The position numbers and the translations under genes are program-made. From an uncultured Christensenellaceae bacterium (GTDB lineage Bacteria > Bacillota > Clostridia > Christensenellales > UBA3700), in assembly GCA_910587685.1 (NCBI GenBank), contig CAJUMY010000003.1, forward strand, positions 64,600-128,599: a stretch of DNA of 64,000 nt. The letters run 5' to 3'. Positions 1 through 11,418 of the stretch are shown piece after piece. Each line of letters starts with the position of its first letter. The stretch's first letter is position 1. The notes under the pieces are model-generated. The model ran no database searches, had not been told where the DNA came from, and saw nothing but the letters and a program-made list of their open reading frames with translations.

Positions 1-1392
1 ATCCTTGAGATTGACAGTTTTGCTGAGAATGTACGTCTTTTCGGAATTGACGTATCTGTTAGCCTTGCTGTCCCACTCGCCGAATCTGCCGTAAGAGCTG
101 GTAACGATGGTTCCGTCTGCGAATACGACGTTACCGCAGTAACCGGTGTCTGCGTTCGCGCTGCGTACAGGAGCATTCTCATCGCCAAGATAAGTATGCG
201 CGAGTTTTACTCTGTAATCGCCTTCCGTTCCCTCCTTGAGATCGTTCCAGTCGCCTACCCAAGCTACCCAACCTTCGCTCATCCAACCTGTGGATTTTAG
301 CTCGGGAGCATATTTAGCTATCTTATCAAGGCTTCTCTCGATAGATCTGAACGTGATGAAAAGTCTCCAGTTATCGCCGTCCTTGACCCATTCCGCCTTG
401 TGTCTTTCGCCGCTGAGAGCCGCGGGCGTTTCTTTAGGTTCGCTCCACGTCTTGCCTTCGTCCGATGAGAAAGATATGAGCGAATTTATCTTCTTGGAGT
501 TCGATCTTGTGATAAGACACAGCTCGTTGCCCTCTCCGCCTTCGGAACGGATGACCTCTACCTCGCACATATTCGATCTCATTTGAATATCTCTATACTT
601 GTTGTCTTCGTTATTAAAATACTTCTCGGGATAAGACCACTGCATCTTGCCTTCGCTGTCGAATGTAAGTATCGTTTTATAACAGTTCCAGCTCCTGTCG
701 TGGAAGAGTCCCATCCACTCGTTCTTCCACTCGTGAGTCTCAGCGTCCTTGAGTCTTGTAACCGAACTCATAGCGACGATAGCGTCGAATACTTTATACG
801 ATTCCCACCATCCGAAATAGTCTCTTCCGTAGAACGTTTCGAACTCCGTCCACGTCTTGCCTTCGTCCGAAGAAACGCTTGCGTTAAAACCGTTCTTCTT
901 ATAACTTGCGTCGCCCGGCCAACTCGGATTTCCCGATACCATGAGGAGTTTATCGTCGTTAGACGGAATATTATCCTTGTTGAATATGAGTCTGTATACG
1001 GTCGGAGTCTCCTGCGACTTCGCCCAAGAAGCCGGCACCTTCACGTCGCTCGGCAAATTGTACGTCGCTCCTTTGTCCTTACTGACTCTGACTTTTACGT
1101 TACCCTTGCCGTGGCCTTCCGGGAACATAGTCATTATCGTATTGAGCTCGCCGTTCGCGTCCTTTATGAGGATGGAATCGGGATGAGCCAAATAATCGGT
1201 CTTGTTATCGGGATCGACTATCGTTCTATTATCAAAGAGATAGTCGTATTTCGGATCGAGACCTTCGGGCTTATTCTCCAGATCGATAAGCGGAATGGTG
1301 TAATCCTTACCTTCGCTGATATTGCCGCATCCTGCGAATACCATAAGCGATACCAGCATGATCGCAATCACTATTACAACTTTTTTACGCAT
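1..1392 (-). CDS. BNR/Asp-box repeat (sialidase-like) lipoprotein; C-terminus runs off the window
   Basis: Absent from the ORF track because it has no stop inside the window. My reverse-strand translation from ATG 1392-1390 gives MRKKVVIVIAIMLVSLMVFAGCGN (signal peptide plus lipobox) and stays open to nt 1. Two in-frame Asp-box motifs SSDEGKTW at nt 445-468 and 850-873. The + ORFs 236..586 and 583..1419 are its antisense shadows. Confidence 0.7.
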   Translation of the reverse strand, partial: MRKKVVIVIAIMLVSLMVFAGCGNISEGKDYTIPLIDLENKPEGLDPKYDYLFDNRTIVDPDNKTDYLAHPDSILIKDANGELNTIMTMFPEGHGKGNVKVRVSKDKGATYNLPSDVKVPASWAKSQETPTVYRLIFNKDNIPSNDDKLLMVSGNPSWPGDASYKKNGFNASVSSDEGKTWTEFETFYGRDYFGWWESYKVFDAIVAMSSVTRLKDAETHEWKNEWMGLFHDRSWNCYKTILTFDSEGKMQWSYPEKYFNNEDNKYRDIQMRSNMCEVEVIRSEGGEGNELCLITRSNSKKINSLISFSSDEGKTWSEPKETPAALSGERHKAEWVKDGDNWRLFITFRSIERSLDKIAKYAPELKSTGWMSEGWVAWVGDWNDLKEGTEGDYRVKLAHTYLGDENAPVRSANADTGYCGNVVFADGTIVTSSYGRFGEWDSKANRYVNSEKTYILSKTVNLKD

Positions 1393-1540
1393 AATTTTCT
1401 CCTTATTCATATTGCTTAACGCATAAAACGCGAACTTCGATAAAGTATCCGTACTTCCTTTTTGTTCGCAGCCACAATGTCCATCATATATATTTTACAC
1501 TAAAAACATATGAATTTCAACTCTCTTTAATAAATATTTA

Positions 1541-2422
1541 TTATTCTTCGAACTTTTTTAATTCTTTTTCCTCTTCAGAAGTGATTTTCACATCGTCGGC
1601 AAGCGAACCTTTGCTAAGCACGTTGATATCCTCGAGTTTATATTCTCTTATCTCGTGCGTACCGTCTTTGAGTTCGACGTTCGCCTTTATCGTACGCTTT
1701 ATAACGTCGCCGGACTCAACGTACCCGTATCCGTCCTTTGTCTTTATCTTCGCGTTGATCTTGGGCATAAGTTTGTTAGTCTCTACGTAATAGTCGTTCT
1801 CGTATTTCAAACAGCACATGAGCTTTCCGCAAACTCCGCTTATTTTTGCGGGATTGAGCGACAAACCTTGATTTTTTGCCATACGTATAGATACCTTTTC
1901 AAAATCGGGCAAGTGATTCGCGCAACAGCACGGTCTGCCGCATACCGCGAGCGCTCCCCTCATTTTGATGTCGTCTCTTTCGTATATCTGACGCATCTCT
2001 ATCCTTACGCGAAGCACGCCCGCAAGATCCTTTACTAAATCGCGGAAGTCTATTCTTCCCTCCGCGGTGAAGTAGAATATCGCTTTGCTTTTGTCGAAAG
2101 TATACTCTGTACCGACGAGTTTCATGGGAAGATCGCGTTTTTCGATCTTTTCCGAACATAGCTTATGAGCGAATTCTTCTTTTTTTATATTTTCTCTCAG
2201 CTGCTCCTCGTCTTTTTTTGTAGCTCGTCTCAATACCTCTTTGAGCGGAGCTACTATCTCCTTATCGTCTACGGACATATTCTGTATCGTTATCTTTCCG
2301 TATTCGACGCCTCTCTGCGTTTCAACGATAACTCCGTCGTCAAGACCGAATTCTATCCCTTTCGGATCGAAATAATACGACTTGCCGGCATTCCTGAACT
2401 TTACACCAACTACTATCGGCAT
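1541..2422 (-). CDS. ricT: PSP1-domain protein / stage 0 sporulation protein YaaT (RicT)
   Basis: 293-aa ORF. N-terminus MPIVVGVKFRNAGKSYYFDP and Cys clusters CGRPCCC / CGKLMCC are typical of YaaT/PSP1. GGAGG upstream. Conserved tmk-holB-yaaT order. Confidence 0.85.
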   Translation of the reverse strand: MPIVVGVKFRNAGKSYYFDPKGIEFGLDDGVIVETQRGVEYGKITIQNMSVDDKEIVAPLKEVLRRATKKDEEQLRENIKKEEFAHKLCSEKIEKRDLPMKLVGTEYTFDKSKAIFYFTAEGRIDFRDLVKDLAGVLRVRIEMRQIYERDDIKMRGALAVCGRPCCCANHLPDFEKVSIRMAKNQGLSLNPAKISGVCGKLMCCLKYENDYYVETNKLMPKINAKIKTKDGYGYVESGDVIKRTIKANVELKDGTHEIREYKLEDINVLSKGSLADDVKITSEEEKELKKFEE

Positions 2423-3357
2423 CTGAATTTTACCTCCAAAATCCCGAGAAGCAAGTAATCCATTACGCCTTGAGGTCGGCAGTTGAAGTGAAGCTTCTCT
2501 CTCGATTTATTAATGATATTTTCAATGTTGACTATACTCATCCTGCTAATGCCGCCCGCCTCGCCGCCCGAAAGCGGGTCTTTGAGCGCGGCTGCGAAAA
2601 CTATTTCGAGTATATCTATGAATTTATTTACGTATTCTTTATCAATTTTGCCCATCTCTGCGACTATAGACGGAACGTCTTTTGAAGATTTGAGTCTTTT
2701 AAGTACGTCTCTTACCCCGTCGTATTCCGCGATAAGATCTCTGTTTGCGGTGAGCAAAGTTTCGATTTTCGAAGCTATGCCGCCCGTTATCTCATACGCT
2801 CTCTTTACCTCGTCCTCGCCGTATTGCGGAAGTTCGCAAGCGACCTCTTCTATCGGGAATCTGCCGACGGTCAGCTTCTTGCATCTCGACTTTACGGTAT
2901 CGAGCATACTGTACGAATTGGTCGTTCCTATAAGTATGAGCGTATTGCCGACGGGCTCTTCCAACGTCTTTAACAGCTTGTTCTGAGCCTGAGGACTCAT
3001 CTTTTCCCCGCGTTCGATAGCGTATATCATATAGTTATCTTCAAGAGGCTTTACGTACGTGCTCTCTATCATGAGGGCGACGTCCTCGACCTTCAAGTTA
3101 CCGCTCTTATCCTGTCCCTTGAGCCTAAATATATTCGTATTGTTATTTTCCGCTATCTTTCTGCACTCTATACATTCGCCGCAAGCGTTGCCGCTCTCGC
3201 AATACAACGTCATCGCTACAAGAGTTATGAACGAATCTACGACCTCGCTGTCTCCCGACTCTATCATATACGCGTGCGACAGCCGTCCGCTGTCGATGTC
3301 CTTTTTAATAACGGAAAAAGCCGTCGACGCCGTTATCAGTCTCTGCCATTTTACCAT
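2413..3357 (-). CDS. holB: DNA polymerase III delta-prime subunit
   Basis: 314 aa. N-terminal clamp-loader-like LSHAYMIES, Cys-rich CxxCxxC segment (CGECIECRKI), SRC motif (KSRCKKL). TAATG overlap with tmk stop. Synteny with tmk and yaaT. Confidence 0.8.
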   Translation of the reverse strand: MVKWQRLITASTAFSVIKKDIDSGRLSHAYMIESGDSEVVDSFITLVAMTLYCESGNACGECIECRKIAENNNTNIFRLKGQDKSGNLKVEDVALMIESTYVKPLEDNYMIYAIERGEKMSPQAQNKLLKTLEEPVGNTLILIGTTNSYSMLDTVKSRCKKLTVGRFPIEEVACELPQYGEDEVKRAYEITGGIASKIETLLTANRDLIAEYDGVRDVLKRLKSSKDVPSIVAEMGKIDKEYVNKFIDILEIVFAAALKDPLSGGEAGGISRMSIVNIENIINKSREKLHFNCRPQGVMDYLLLGILEVKFRCR

Positions 3358-3983
3358 TATTCGATCAGTCCTTTATTTCTAAGCGCGCTTATTATCTCTT
3401 CGTGAGTTGCGAATTTATTGCCGAGCGGCTTTATTACAACGAACCTGTCGGAATATATCTCGCTCGCCCGTTTGTACCCCTCGTACACTCTGTTATGGAA
3501 CGAAAGCGCTTCGCTCTCGAGCCTATCGCCTTTATCCGCTCCGCCTTTGCGTCTGAACGCGTCCTTGGGATTGAGATCGAGATAAACGGTAGCGTCGGGA
3601 AAACAATCCTTCGCAACGAACTCGTTGAGCGTCTTCACGTATTCGAATCCCAGTCCTCTCGCGTATCCCTGGTACGCCAAAGTGGAATCTATGAATCTGT
3701 CGCATACGACGAGCTTTCCCTCGTCAAGAGCGGGTTTTACGACCTCGCTTATGAGCTGCGCTCTCGAAGCGTTGTACAGTAACAGTTCGCACTCGCCGAA
3801 CATCTCTTTATTTTCTATCGACAGTATTATATCCCTTATCTTTTCGCTTATCCGAGTTCCTCCCGGCTCTCTTATAAACACCGCTTCCTGACGTGTTTTT
3901 ACAAGATACTCTTTGAGCAATCTTACCTGCGTCGACTTTCCGACGCCTTCGCACCCTTCGAAAGTTATCAGTTTTCCTCGCAT
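3357..3983 (-). CDS. tmk: thymidylate kinase
   Basis: 208 aa. P-loop ITFEGCEGVGKSTQ, DRF/DSTLAYQG motifs. Confidence 0.9.
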   Translation of the reverse strand: MRGKLITFEGCEGVGKSTQVRLLKEYLVKTRQEAVFIREPGGTRISEKIRDIILSIENKEMFGECELLLYNASRAQLISEVVKPALDEGKLVVCDRFIDSTLAYQGYARGLGFEYVKTLNEFVAKDCFPDATVYLDLNPKDAFRRKGGADKGDRLESEALSFHNRVYEGYKRASEIYSDRFVVIKPLGNKFATHEEIISALRNKGLIE

Positions 3984-5257
3984 AATTCCCTCACTGCAAT
4001 ATTTTCGCCGACCAGACCGACTATCCTCTCTCTATTGGTAAGAACGGCGCTTGCCGCTTCTTTAGATATTATATCGCCGCTTCTTATCATAGGCGTCCCC
4101 GGCGGATATACCGCTACGTCGGATGCCGACACCTTCCCGACCGAATCCTCGATTTTAACGAACTTCACCCTGCCGACGGCTCGCTTTGCAGAAGACAGCG
4201 AAAAGTTCAAACCATCGCCCTCCTCGTCCTCCGCGACCTCTTCATCAGCCGCGTATTTTTCTCTATACCCGAGAAGTTCGTCCGCGACCGCGTCAAGAAA
4301 CTCCGCATTATAAGGCGTCACGATGAGCGTCATCTCTTTATCCGTCGAAAGCTCGATAAACGTTCCTTTGTCTTCAAGATACTTCGCAACGCGTTTCGCG
4401 TTAGGAGTCTCTATCACTACTCTCGAAAAGTCGGCGTTATCGAGAAACGAATATTTCGTCGCTAATTTTTCCTTGAATCCTTTAACTTTGACAAACGTCT
4501 CCGCATAAAGACGTTCTCCGTCCTTTGACATAACGCTAACAGCGTGATCTATGCTTTCCATCGTGAGATACGACGGACTCGTCGTATGTATTTTTGCCCT
4601 GAAATACTCGGCTAGCGACGAAAGATACTCTCCGTTCACGTTAAGGCACGCTCCTCCCGTCATCACGGGAAGCGTCTTATGCAGACTGTCTATCGTGATA
4701 TCCGCCCTCGAAGCGTTCGAGACGGGAAAAAGTCTCGAGAAGGCAAAGTGCGAACCGTGAGCCTCGTCGACTATCACGGCGGCGCCGTTCCTTCTTTTCT
4801 CTAGAATACGATCTATATCGACTACGCGTCCGAAATAGTCTGGAGTGGTCACGAATATATACTCGCCTCTTTCCGCCGCGGATACCGCTTCTTCTGCGCT
4901 CGATATCTTATATATCCCGAGCCCTATCAGCGACGCGAACGCGTAACACGACTTATGCGCCTTGCCGAAAACGTAAAGCTCGCCTTTCATCTCTTTCGCT
5001 ATAAGGAGCGCTATCTGTATAGCGACGCTGGCTCCGCTCGTTACGATGAGCGACCTATGCGACGAATACGCGCTCTTAAGACGCTCTTCTACGTCTTTTA
5101 TAATTCCCGAAGGCGACTGAAGATTGTCCGAAAAACTAAGCTCGGTGATATCGTATTTTGCAGATGCGTATATCATGCCGTCTATATCTCTTCCGCTGTG
5201 TCCGGGCGTATGAAAACGCTTGTAAGTAGATGAAAAATCAATGATTTCCTTATACAT
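3968..5257 (-). CDS. PLP-dependent Orn/Lys/Arg decarboxylase family protein (YaaO-like)
   Basis: 429 aa. HTPGHSGR near the N-terminus, DEAHGSHF, and SLHKT (PLP-lysine motif). Sits upstream of tmk as in Bacillus, with a 16-nt overlap. Confidence 0.75.
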   Translation of the reverse strand: MYKEIIDFSSTYKRFHTPGHSGRDIDGMIYASAKYDITELSFSDNLQSPSGIIKDVEERLKSAYSSHRSLIVTSGASVAIQIALLIAKEMKGELYVFGKAHKSCYAFASLIGLGIYKISSAEEAVSAAERGEYIFVTTPDYFGRVVDIDRILEKRRNGAAVIVDEAHGSHFAFSRLFPVSNASRADITIDSLHKTLPVMTGGACLNVNGEYLSSLAEYFRAKIHTTSPSYLTMESIDHAVSVMSKDGERLYAETFVKVKGFKEKLATKYSFLDNADFSRVVIETPNAKRVAKYLEDKGTFIELSTDKEMTLIVTPYNAEFLDAVADELLGYREKYAADEEVAEDEEGDGLNFSLSSAKRAVGRVKFVKIEDSVGKVSASDVAVYPPGTPMIRSGDIISKEAASAVLTNRERIVGLVGENIAVRELCEEN

Positions 5258-5266
5258 ATACGTGAC

Positions 5267-6952
5267 TTACATATGTTCGGGACACTCGATACCGAGAAGT
5301 TCCAGTTCGTTCTTTATGACCTGCTTCGTCGCTTTGACCAAAAGGAGTCTCGCGTTCTTCACTCCCTCTTCGGCTCCTATTATCCTGCTCTCGAAATAGA
5401 ATTTATTGAACGCTTTCGAAAGGTCGATAACGTGACGCACCATAACGCTCGGCTCGTATCTCCTTACCGCCTCTCTATAGCTGTCTTTCAGTCTCGATAT
5501 AAGTTTCACTATCTCGTGCGCGGACGGATCGTCGAGCGCCGAATAATCTACGTTATCGCCTATGGACGCCTTTTCTATAAGCGAACAGCATCTTGCGTAA
5601 GTGTACTGAACGTACGGCGCGGTCTCGCCCTCGAATGCTAGCACCTTATCGTAATCGAATACTATATCCTTGATCCTGCCCGACGCGAGCATTGCGAATA
5701 CTACGGCTCCTACGCCGACTTTCTCCGCTATATCTTCCTTTCCTTCTAGGTTCGGATTCTTCTCCTCTATTACTTTAAGAGCTTTCTTTACGGCGGTATC
5801 GAGAACGTCTTTTACGAATACGACTTTGCCGTGACGCGAAGACATTGCGCCCTCTTCGAGCGACACCATGCCGTGCGCGACGTGAACCATATCCTTAGCC
5901 CAGTCGTAACCCATCATTTCGACGACCTTGAATACCTGTCTGAAATGCAGATTCTGCTGATAAGCCACGACGTAGAGCGATTTGTAAAAGTCGTAATTTC
6001 TTTTTCTATAAAAAGCCGCTGCCATATCCCGCGTAGCGTATAAAGTCGCGCCGTCCTGTCTCACGAGCAGACAAGGCGGCATTTCGTCGCCGTCGAACTT
6101 GACGACCTTCGCGCCTTCGCTCAAAACGAGCAGACCCTTTTCCTCGAGTTCATCGAGCACGGGCGCCATCTTATCGTTATAGAACGCCTCTCCGTTATAG
6201 GAATCAAACGATACGTGAAGTCTGTCATATACCTTCATGACTTCCTTCATCGTTATTTCCTTGAACCACCTAAAGAGTTCGAGAGCTTCTTCGTCGCCAT
6301 CCTCTATGTTCTTAAAATAGCGACGGGCTTCGTCGTTCAAGCTCTCGTCTTTTTCCGCCTCTTCGTGGAATTTTACATATATCTCAAGCAGTCCGTCAAC
6401 GCCTCTTTTCTCTATATCTTCTTTATCGCCCCACCTTTTATAAGCGGATATGAGCTTTCCGAACTGCGTTCCCCAGTCTCCGAGGTGATTGATACCTACG
6501 GTTTTATAGCCGAGTTTATTGAAAGTACGATAGAGGCTCGCGCCTATCGAAGTATTGAGAAGATGTCCGATGTGGAAAGGCTTTGCTATGTTTACCGACG
6601 AATAGTCGATACATACCGTCTTTCCGTTTCCCTCGTCGGACGCGCCGTAACTATCGCCCTCTCTTAAGACCTCGTCCAGCGTCCGCTTGGCAAAAGCCAC
6701 CTTGTCGATAGTAAAATTGAGATACCCGTTGACTGCCTCGACGATCTTTATATTGTCGTCTTGTCTGACGCTGTTTTTCAGCTCTTGAGCAATCAAAGCC
6801 GGCGACTTACGCATTGTCTTTGCGAACTTGAAGCACGGGAGCGCATAGTCTCCGTTATTCGCGTCCTTTGAAAGAGTGATAAGTTCGTAAAGTTCGTCTT
6901 TGCTTACGCCGTTTATATCTATAAGTTCGGCTATCAGTTTTTTATAGTCCAT
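5267..6952 (-). CDS. argS: arginine--tRNA ligase
   Basis: 561 aa. Class I HIGH motif (PFHIGHL) and ArgRS-like N- and C-terminal domains. Confidence 0.9.
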   Translation of the reverse strand: MDYKKLIAELIDINGVSKDELYELITLSKDANNGDYALPCFKFAKTMRKSPALIAQELKNSVRQDDNIKIVEAVNGYLNFTIDKVAFAKRTLDEVLREGDSYGASDEGNGKTVCIDYSSVNIAKPFHIGHLLNTSIGASLYRTFNKLGYKTVGINHLGDWGTQFGKLISAYKRWGDKEDIEKRGVDGLLEIYVKFHEEAEKDESLNDEARRYFKNIEDGDEEALELFRWFKEITMKEVMKVYDRLHVSFDSYNGEAFYNDKMAPVLDELEEKGLLVLSEGAKVVKFDGDEMPPCLLVRQDGATLYATRDMAAAFYRKRNYDFYKSLYVVAYQQNLHFRQVFKVVEMMGYDWAKDMVHVAHGMVSLEEGAMSSRHGKVVFVKDVLDTAVKKALKVIEEKNPNLEGKEDIAEKVGVGAVVFAMLASGRIKDIVFDYDKVLAFEGETAPYVQYTYARCCSLIEKASIGDNVDYSALDDPSAHEIVKLISRLKDSYREAVRRYEPSVMVRHVIDLSKAFNKFYFESRIIGAEEGVKNARLLLVKATKQVIKNELELLGIECPEHM

Positions 6953-7112
6953 GTCTTTATTCCCGATTGTGATTTTTTATTTCCGCTCAAAGCGATATAT
7001 TTCATTGTCTTTCGGCTGATATTCGAGCTGCGACCAGTCGTCGCGGCAACGCCGATCGTTCATATCATTCGCAACCGACGGTCAAAACGCCGCCGCTATC
7101 ATCTTAATGCAG

Positions 7113-8204
7113 TTATACGTTGAATCTAAAGAGAACGACGTCGCCGTCCTTTATAACGTAATCTTTGCCTTCGCTCCTTACCTTTCCCTTTTCTTTAGCC
7201 GCCGTATACGAACCGAGTTCGAGCAGAACTTGCCAGTCGACTATCTCCGCTCTTATGAATCCCTTCTCGAAATCGGAGTGTATTTTGCCTGCCGCCTGCG
7301 GAGCCTTCGTTCCCTTAACTATAGTCCACGCTCTCGTTTCCTTCTCTCCCGCAGTGAGATAGCTGATGAGTCCGAGAAGAGAGTAACATTCCTTAACGAG
7401 CTTATCGAGACCGCTCTCGTCTATGCCGTATTCCTCTCTGAACATATCTCTGTCCTCGTCGTCCATACTCGCAAGATCCTCTTCTATCTTCGCCGATAGA
7501 ACGACTACGCCTGCGCCCTCGTTCGCCGCGTATTCCTTAACTGCTTTAACGTACGGATTATCATCCTGCCCAATATCGCTCTCCGCGATATTGGCGGCGT
7601 ATATTACGGGCTTGTCCGTCAGCAAAAACAGCGAGTGAACGTATTCTCTCTCTTCGTCGGTAAAATCCATAGCTCTTACCGATACTCCCTTTTCGAGTTC
7701 GGCAGATATCCTGTCGAGAAGTTTCGCCTCCTCGTTGAATTTTTTATCTCCGCTCTTTGCGGAAGTCTTAGCCTTGGCGCTACGCTTCGAAACGCTCTCC
7801 ATGTCGGCGAATATGAGTTCGAAATTGATGGTCTCGATGTCTCTTAACGGATTCACCGAGCCATCGACGTGCGTAATATTGTCGTCGTTAAAACATCTGA
7901 CGACATGTACTATAGCGTCGACTTCGCGAATATGCGATAAGAACTTATTGCCGAGCCCTTCTCCTCTGCTCGCGCCTTTGACGAGTCCCGCTATATCCAC
8001 GAACTCGAGCGTCGTAGGCGTTATCTTTTTGCTGTTATAGAGCGCCGCCAACTTGTCTAGTCTCTCGTCGGGGACTGCGACTATGCCGACGTTCGGCTCT
8101 ATAGTACAGAACGGATAATTCGCGCTCTCCGCTCCTGCTTTAGTAATTGCGTTGAAAAGCGTACTTTTGCCGACGTTCGGCAAACCGACTACACCAAGTT
8201 TCAT
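7113..8204 (-). CDS. ychF: redox-regulated ATPase YchF
   Basis: 363 aa. MKLGVVGLPNVGKSTLFNAIT G1 motif and a YchF-type C-terminal TGS-like end ...DGDVVLFRFNV. AAGGAG SD. Confidence 0.92.
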   Translation of the reverse strand: MKLGVVGLPNVGKSTLFNAITKAGAESANYPFCTIEPNVGIVAVPDERLDKLAALYNSKKITPTTLEFVDIAGLVKGASRGEGLGNKFLSHIREVDAIVHVVRCFNDDNITHVDGSVNPLRDIETINFELIFADMESVSKRSAKAKTSAKSGDKKFNEEAKLLDRISAELEKGVSVRAMDFTDEEREYVHSLFLLTDKPVIYAANIAESDIGQDDNPYVKAVKEYAANEGAGVVVLSAKIEEDLASMDDEDRDMFREEYGIDESGLDKLVKECYSLLGLISYLTAGEKETRAWTIVKGTKAPQAAGKIHSDFEKGFIRAEIVDWQVLLELGSYTAAKEKGKVRSEGKDYVIKDGDVVLFRFNV

Positions 8205-8522
8205 TATCTATAACTCCTTAAAAGCGAAAACGTCTGGATCGACGCCGCCGTTTTGTTATTATAATTAATTTATTATAAACTATAGAGCGTACTTTTGTCA
8301 ATAAAGTGGTAACGATATAGTAAAATAACGAAAAAAGAAGCGACCCGCGCGTTATTTCGCGAAGCCGCTTAGATTTAATATATTGTTATTTACGTTTTGA
8401 AACGCTCTTTCTAACGTTTCGTCGAGCAAACGGATACGCTCGAAAGTATCGTCAAAGTCCGTTTTTTCATCCATTTAGACTTACGGTGAACTTATGATAT
8501 TTTCTATACATATGCTATGGTT

Positions 8523-10592
8523 TTATTGCTGAATATCGTTTCCTTCCGACTGTGAAACGCCGCTATTCTCTTCTGCCGAAGACGACGGCTCGGCTTTTTC
8601 GGCGTCGCTATTAGCGCTCTCGCCCGCATTAGCCTGTTCGCCGGTCTTTTCGTCGACGATATGAGCGCTTATATCGTTCTTTTTATACATATCCTTTTTA
8701 CCGTTACGCTTGTCGATAAACTCGATGATGCTTTCGGTAGAAGCGCCGTCGAAGAGCATCTCGACTTCGTCGGTATATATGGTGTCCTTTTCGAAAAGTA
8801 TCTTGACCATGTTGTCGAGTACGCTTCTCTTCTCTTCAAGTATTTTAAGAGCTTTTGCATAACACTCGTCGAGAATACGTTTTACCTCGCTGTCGATAAG
8901 ATTAGACATCTCTTCGGAATTGTCCCTTTGCGTCGCGTAGTCCTTTCCGACGAATACTTCGTGTCCGCCGCCGAGGAACATATTGCCTATCTTCTCCGAC
9001 ATTCCCCACTCCGTGACCATCTTCCTCGCTATACCCGACGCTCTCTCTATGTCGTTCGAAGCGCCTGTCGAAACGTCGTGAATTATTATCTGCTCAGCGG
9101 CTCTTCCTCCGAGCATCATTGTGATCGTATCAAGAAGTTTGTTCTTAGTGATATGAGAGTCGTCCGTCTCGGGACGCGTGAGCGTATATCCCGCCGCCAT
9201 ACCTCTCGGAATAATGCTTACTTCCTGCACTTCGTCGCAGTTAGGCAATACCTTCGCGACTATGGCGTGTCCGCCCTCGTGGTACGCCGTTATTCTCTTA
9301 TCGGTCTCGGTAACGATACGGCTCTTCTTCTGCGGACCCGCGATCACCTTGTTGATACCTTCGAGAATATCTTCCATAACTATTACTTTACGGTTGCTCC
9401 TTACGGCGAGTATCGACGCTTCGTTGAGAAGATTCTCTATATCCGCTCCTGTAAAGCCGCTGGTCATTCTCGCGAGTATCTTGAACGATACGTCGGGAGC
9501 AAGCGGTTTATTCCTTGCGTGGACTTTGAATATCGCCTCTCTTCCCTTGACGTCGGGAGCGCTGACGTATATCTGTCTGTCGAATCTGCCGGGACGCATG
9601 AGCGCAGGATCGAGAATATCGGCTCTGTTCGTAGCCGCCATTATGATAATGCCGTCGTTCTGCTCGAAACCGTCCATCTGAACAAGGAGCTGATTGAGCG
9701 TCTGCTCTCTCTCGTCGTTGCCTCCGCCGAGCCCCGCTCCCCTCTGTCTGCCGACGGCGTCTATCTCGTCTATGAATATTATGCACGGCATATTCTTCTT
9801 AGCCTGATCGAAAAGATCTCTTACTCTCGCCGCGCCGGTACCTACGAACATCTCGACGAAATCCGAACCGCTTATCGAAAAGAACGATACGTTGGCTTCG
9901 CCCGCTACCGCTTTTGCAAAGAGAGTCTTACCGGTTCCCGGAGGACCTACTAAAAGGACGCCCTTTGGCACTCTTGCGCCGAGATCCGAAAACTTCTTCG
10001 GGTTCTTCAAAAATTCGACTATTTCCTGAAGCTCTTCTTTCTCTTCTTCTGCGCCCGCTACGTCGCTGAATCTTACCTTAACGTTGGTATTTAGCCTAGC
10101 CTTAGTCTTGCCGAAGCTGAGCGCTTTGCCGTTGGCGCTCGCGCTCTGACGGTACATTACGAAGAAAAGAACGAGTAAAAGAATGAGCCCTACCGCGGGA
10201 ATTATCAAAGAAGTCCACGCGGAATTTGACGACGGATTGGCAAGAGTGAGCGTAGGAACGGCAACGCCGTCGGGAAGATCTATCTCTCCCGTCTGTATTT
10301 CCTTAAAGTACTCTAGGAATCTTGCGTCGACAACGGCTCTGTAGTCCGCTCTCTTCGGAAAATGTTTTTTGTTGATATCGCTGCCCTTTTTAAGAACGTA
10401 CGCGTAATTACCTTCGATATATATCGAATCTACTTCTCCGTTTTCGATCTTTTGCATTATGCCGTCTGCGCCGAAATAACTGATATCCTTAGGCTTATTC
10501 TGATTTGACAGCAGCGTTGCCATAACTACGACGAGCAACACCGTCAGGATAACGACAGCCACCCAAGTGAATATAGAACTCTTTTTTTTCAC
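8523..10592 (-). CDS. ftsH: ATP-dependent zinc metalloprotease FtsH
   Basis: Walker [12 protein letters not shown] region, Zn motif HEGGHA. The track ORF starts at 10631, but GGAGG-6 nt-GTG at 10592 ([10 protein letters not shown]...) is the better-supported start. Confidence 0.9.
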   Translation of the reverse strand: MKKKSSIFTWVAVVILTVLLVVVMATLLSNQNKPKDISYFGADGIMQKIENGEVDSIYIEGNYAYVLKKGSDINKKHFPKRADYRAVVDARFLEYFKEIQTGEIDLPDGVAVPTLTLANPSSNSAWTSLIIPAVGLILLLVLFFVMYRQSASANGKALSFGKTKARLNTNVKVRFSDVAGAEEEKEELQEIVEFLKNPKKFSDLGARVPKGVLLVGPPGTGKTLFAKAVAGEANVSFFSISGSDFVEMFVGTGAARVRDLFDQAKKNMPCIIFIDEIDAVGRQRGAGLGGGNDEREQTLNQLLVQMDGFEQNDGIIIMAATNRADILDPALMRPGRFDRQIYVSAPDVKGREAIFKVHARNKPLAPDVSFKILARMTSGFTGADIENLLNEASILAVRSNRKVIVMEDILEGINKVIAGPQKKSRIVTETDKRITAYHEGGHAIVAKVLPNCDEVQEVSIIPRGMAAGYTLTRPETDDSHITKNKLLDTITMMLGGRAAEQIIIHDVSTGASNDIERASGIARKMVTEWGMSEKIGNMFLGGGHEVFVGKDYATQRDNSEEMSNLIDSEVKRILDECYAKALKILEEKRSVLDNMVKILFEKDTIYTDEVEMLFDGASTESIIEFIDKRNGKKDMYKKNDISAHIVDEKTGEQANAGESANSDAEKAEPSSSAEENSGVSQSEGNDIQQ

Positions 10593-10820
10593 ACCGGACC
10601 TCCGAATTATTGCTGGAATTAGTAGCTTCATCTTAAAGCTACGGAGCGAAAAACTCTTTTTCGGCTCTTCGCTCCCTAATATATTATATTAAATCGGGTG
10701 GATAGTCAATACATTTTTCAAAAATGCGACCTTTTTACACGAATATTACCTTTATCGACTGACTCTGACGGCTCCGTAAGAAAGTCTCGCTCCTCGATCT
10801 CCCCAAAAAGATCGCCTTCG

Positions 10821-11264
10821 TCATGCTCCGAGCGTCGATACTATGAGCGAACTTATTCTGCGGGCTATCTTCCTTACCAAAAGAGCGTCGACTCCCATAA
10901 GAGCGTTGACGAGATTGTTACTGCGCTTTGCGACGACTCCCAATATTCCTATGTCGCCCACTCTCGGAAGATCCTTATTGACCGCTCCGCCCGGCTTGAC
11001 GCCGTTCCTGTTGATCCTTATTTCGCCTATATCTCCCTCTTCGCCGACGGTAGCGTCGACTACCATAACGAGCGAACCCGTATGGTGTTCCTTTATCATT
11101 CCTATATAGTCTTCGAGATTCTTAGCGTTGACGGGTCTCGACATGGTTCCGTAAACGTACGCTCTCACTCCCTTTTCCTTGAGGAGATCGCCGACCATAG
11201 GTCCAACGCTGTCTCCCGTTATCTGACTGCTTCCTATACACAAAATTACAATTTCTTTTTTCAT
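10821..11264 (-). CDS. yyaC: spore protease YyaC-like (DUF1256)
   Basis: 147 aa. MKKEIVILCIGSSQITGDSVGPMVGDLL resembles YyaC family N-termini (from memory). Confidence 0.7.
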   Translation of the reverse strand: MKKEIVILCIGSSQITGDSVGPMVGDLLKEKGVRAYVYGTMSRPVNAKNLEDYIGMIKEHHTGSLVMVVDATVGEEGDIGEIRINRNGVKPGGAVNKDLPRVGDIGILGVVAKRSNNLVNALMGVDALLVRKIARRISSLIVSTLGA

Positions 11265-11418
11265 AGATCAAGATTCTCCTTATTTGACACGGATAATTAT
11301 CTCCGCATGAGAAATAATTTATACATTCGAAAAATATGAATAAAATGGAAATTTTCGATACAAAATCATTGTATTTGAAAATAATTTGCGCATATGCGAA
11401 AATTGTAGATAAATAAAT

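Noticed and set aside
236-1419. + strand ORFs 236..586 and 583..1419.
   Set aside because: They are antisense shadows of the minus-strand BNR-repeat lipoprotein, which has a clear signal peptide/lipobox and two Asp boxes.
6953-7112. Possible T-box leader upstream of argS.
   Set aside because: The spacer is only 160 nt. I could not find the T-box consensus (AANNNGGGTGGTACCGCG-like) or a specifier/antiterminator arrangement.
8352-8474. 40-aa minus-strand ORF (MDEKTDFDDTFERIRLLDETLERAFQ...) just downstream of ftsH.
   Set aside because: It has no SD or promoter, and there is no way to judge conservation here. It is left uncalled.
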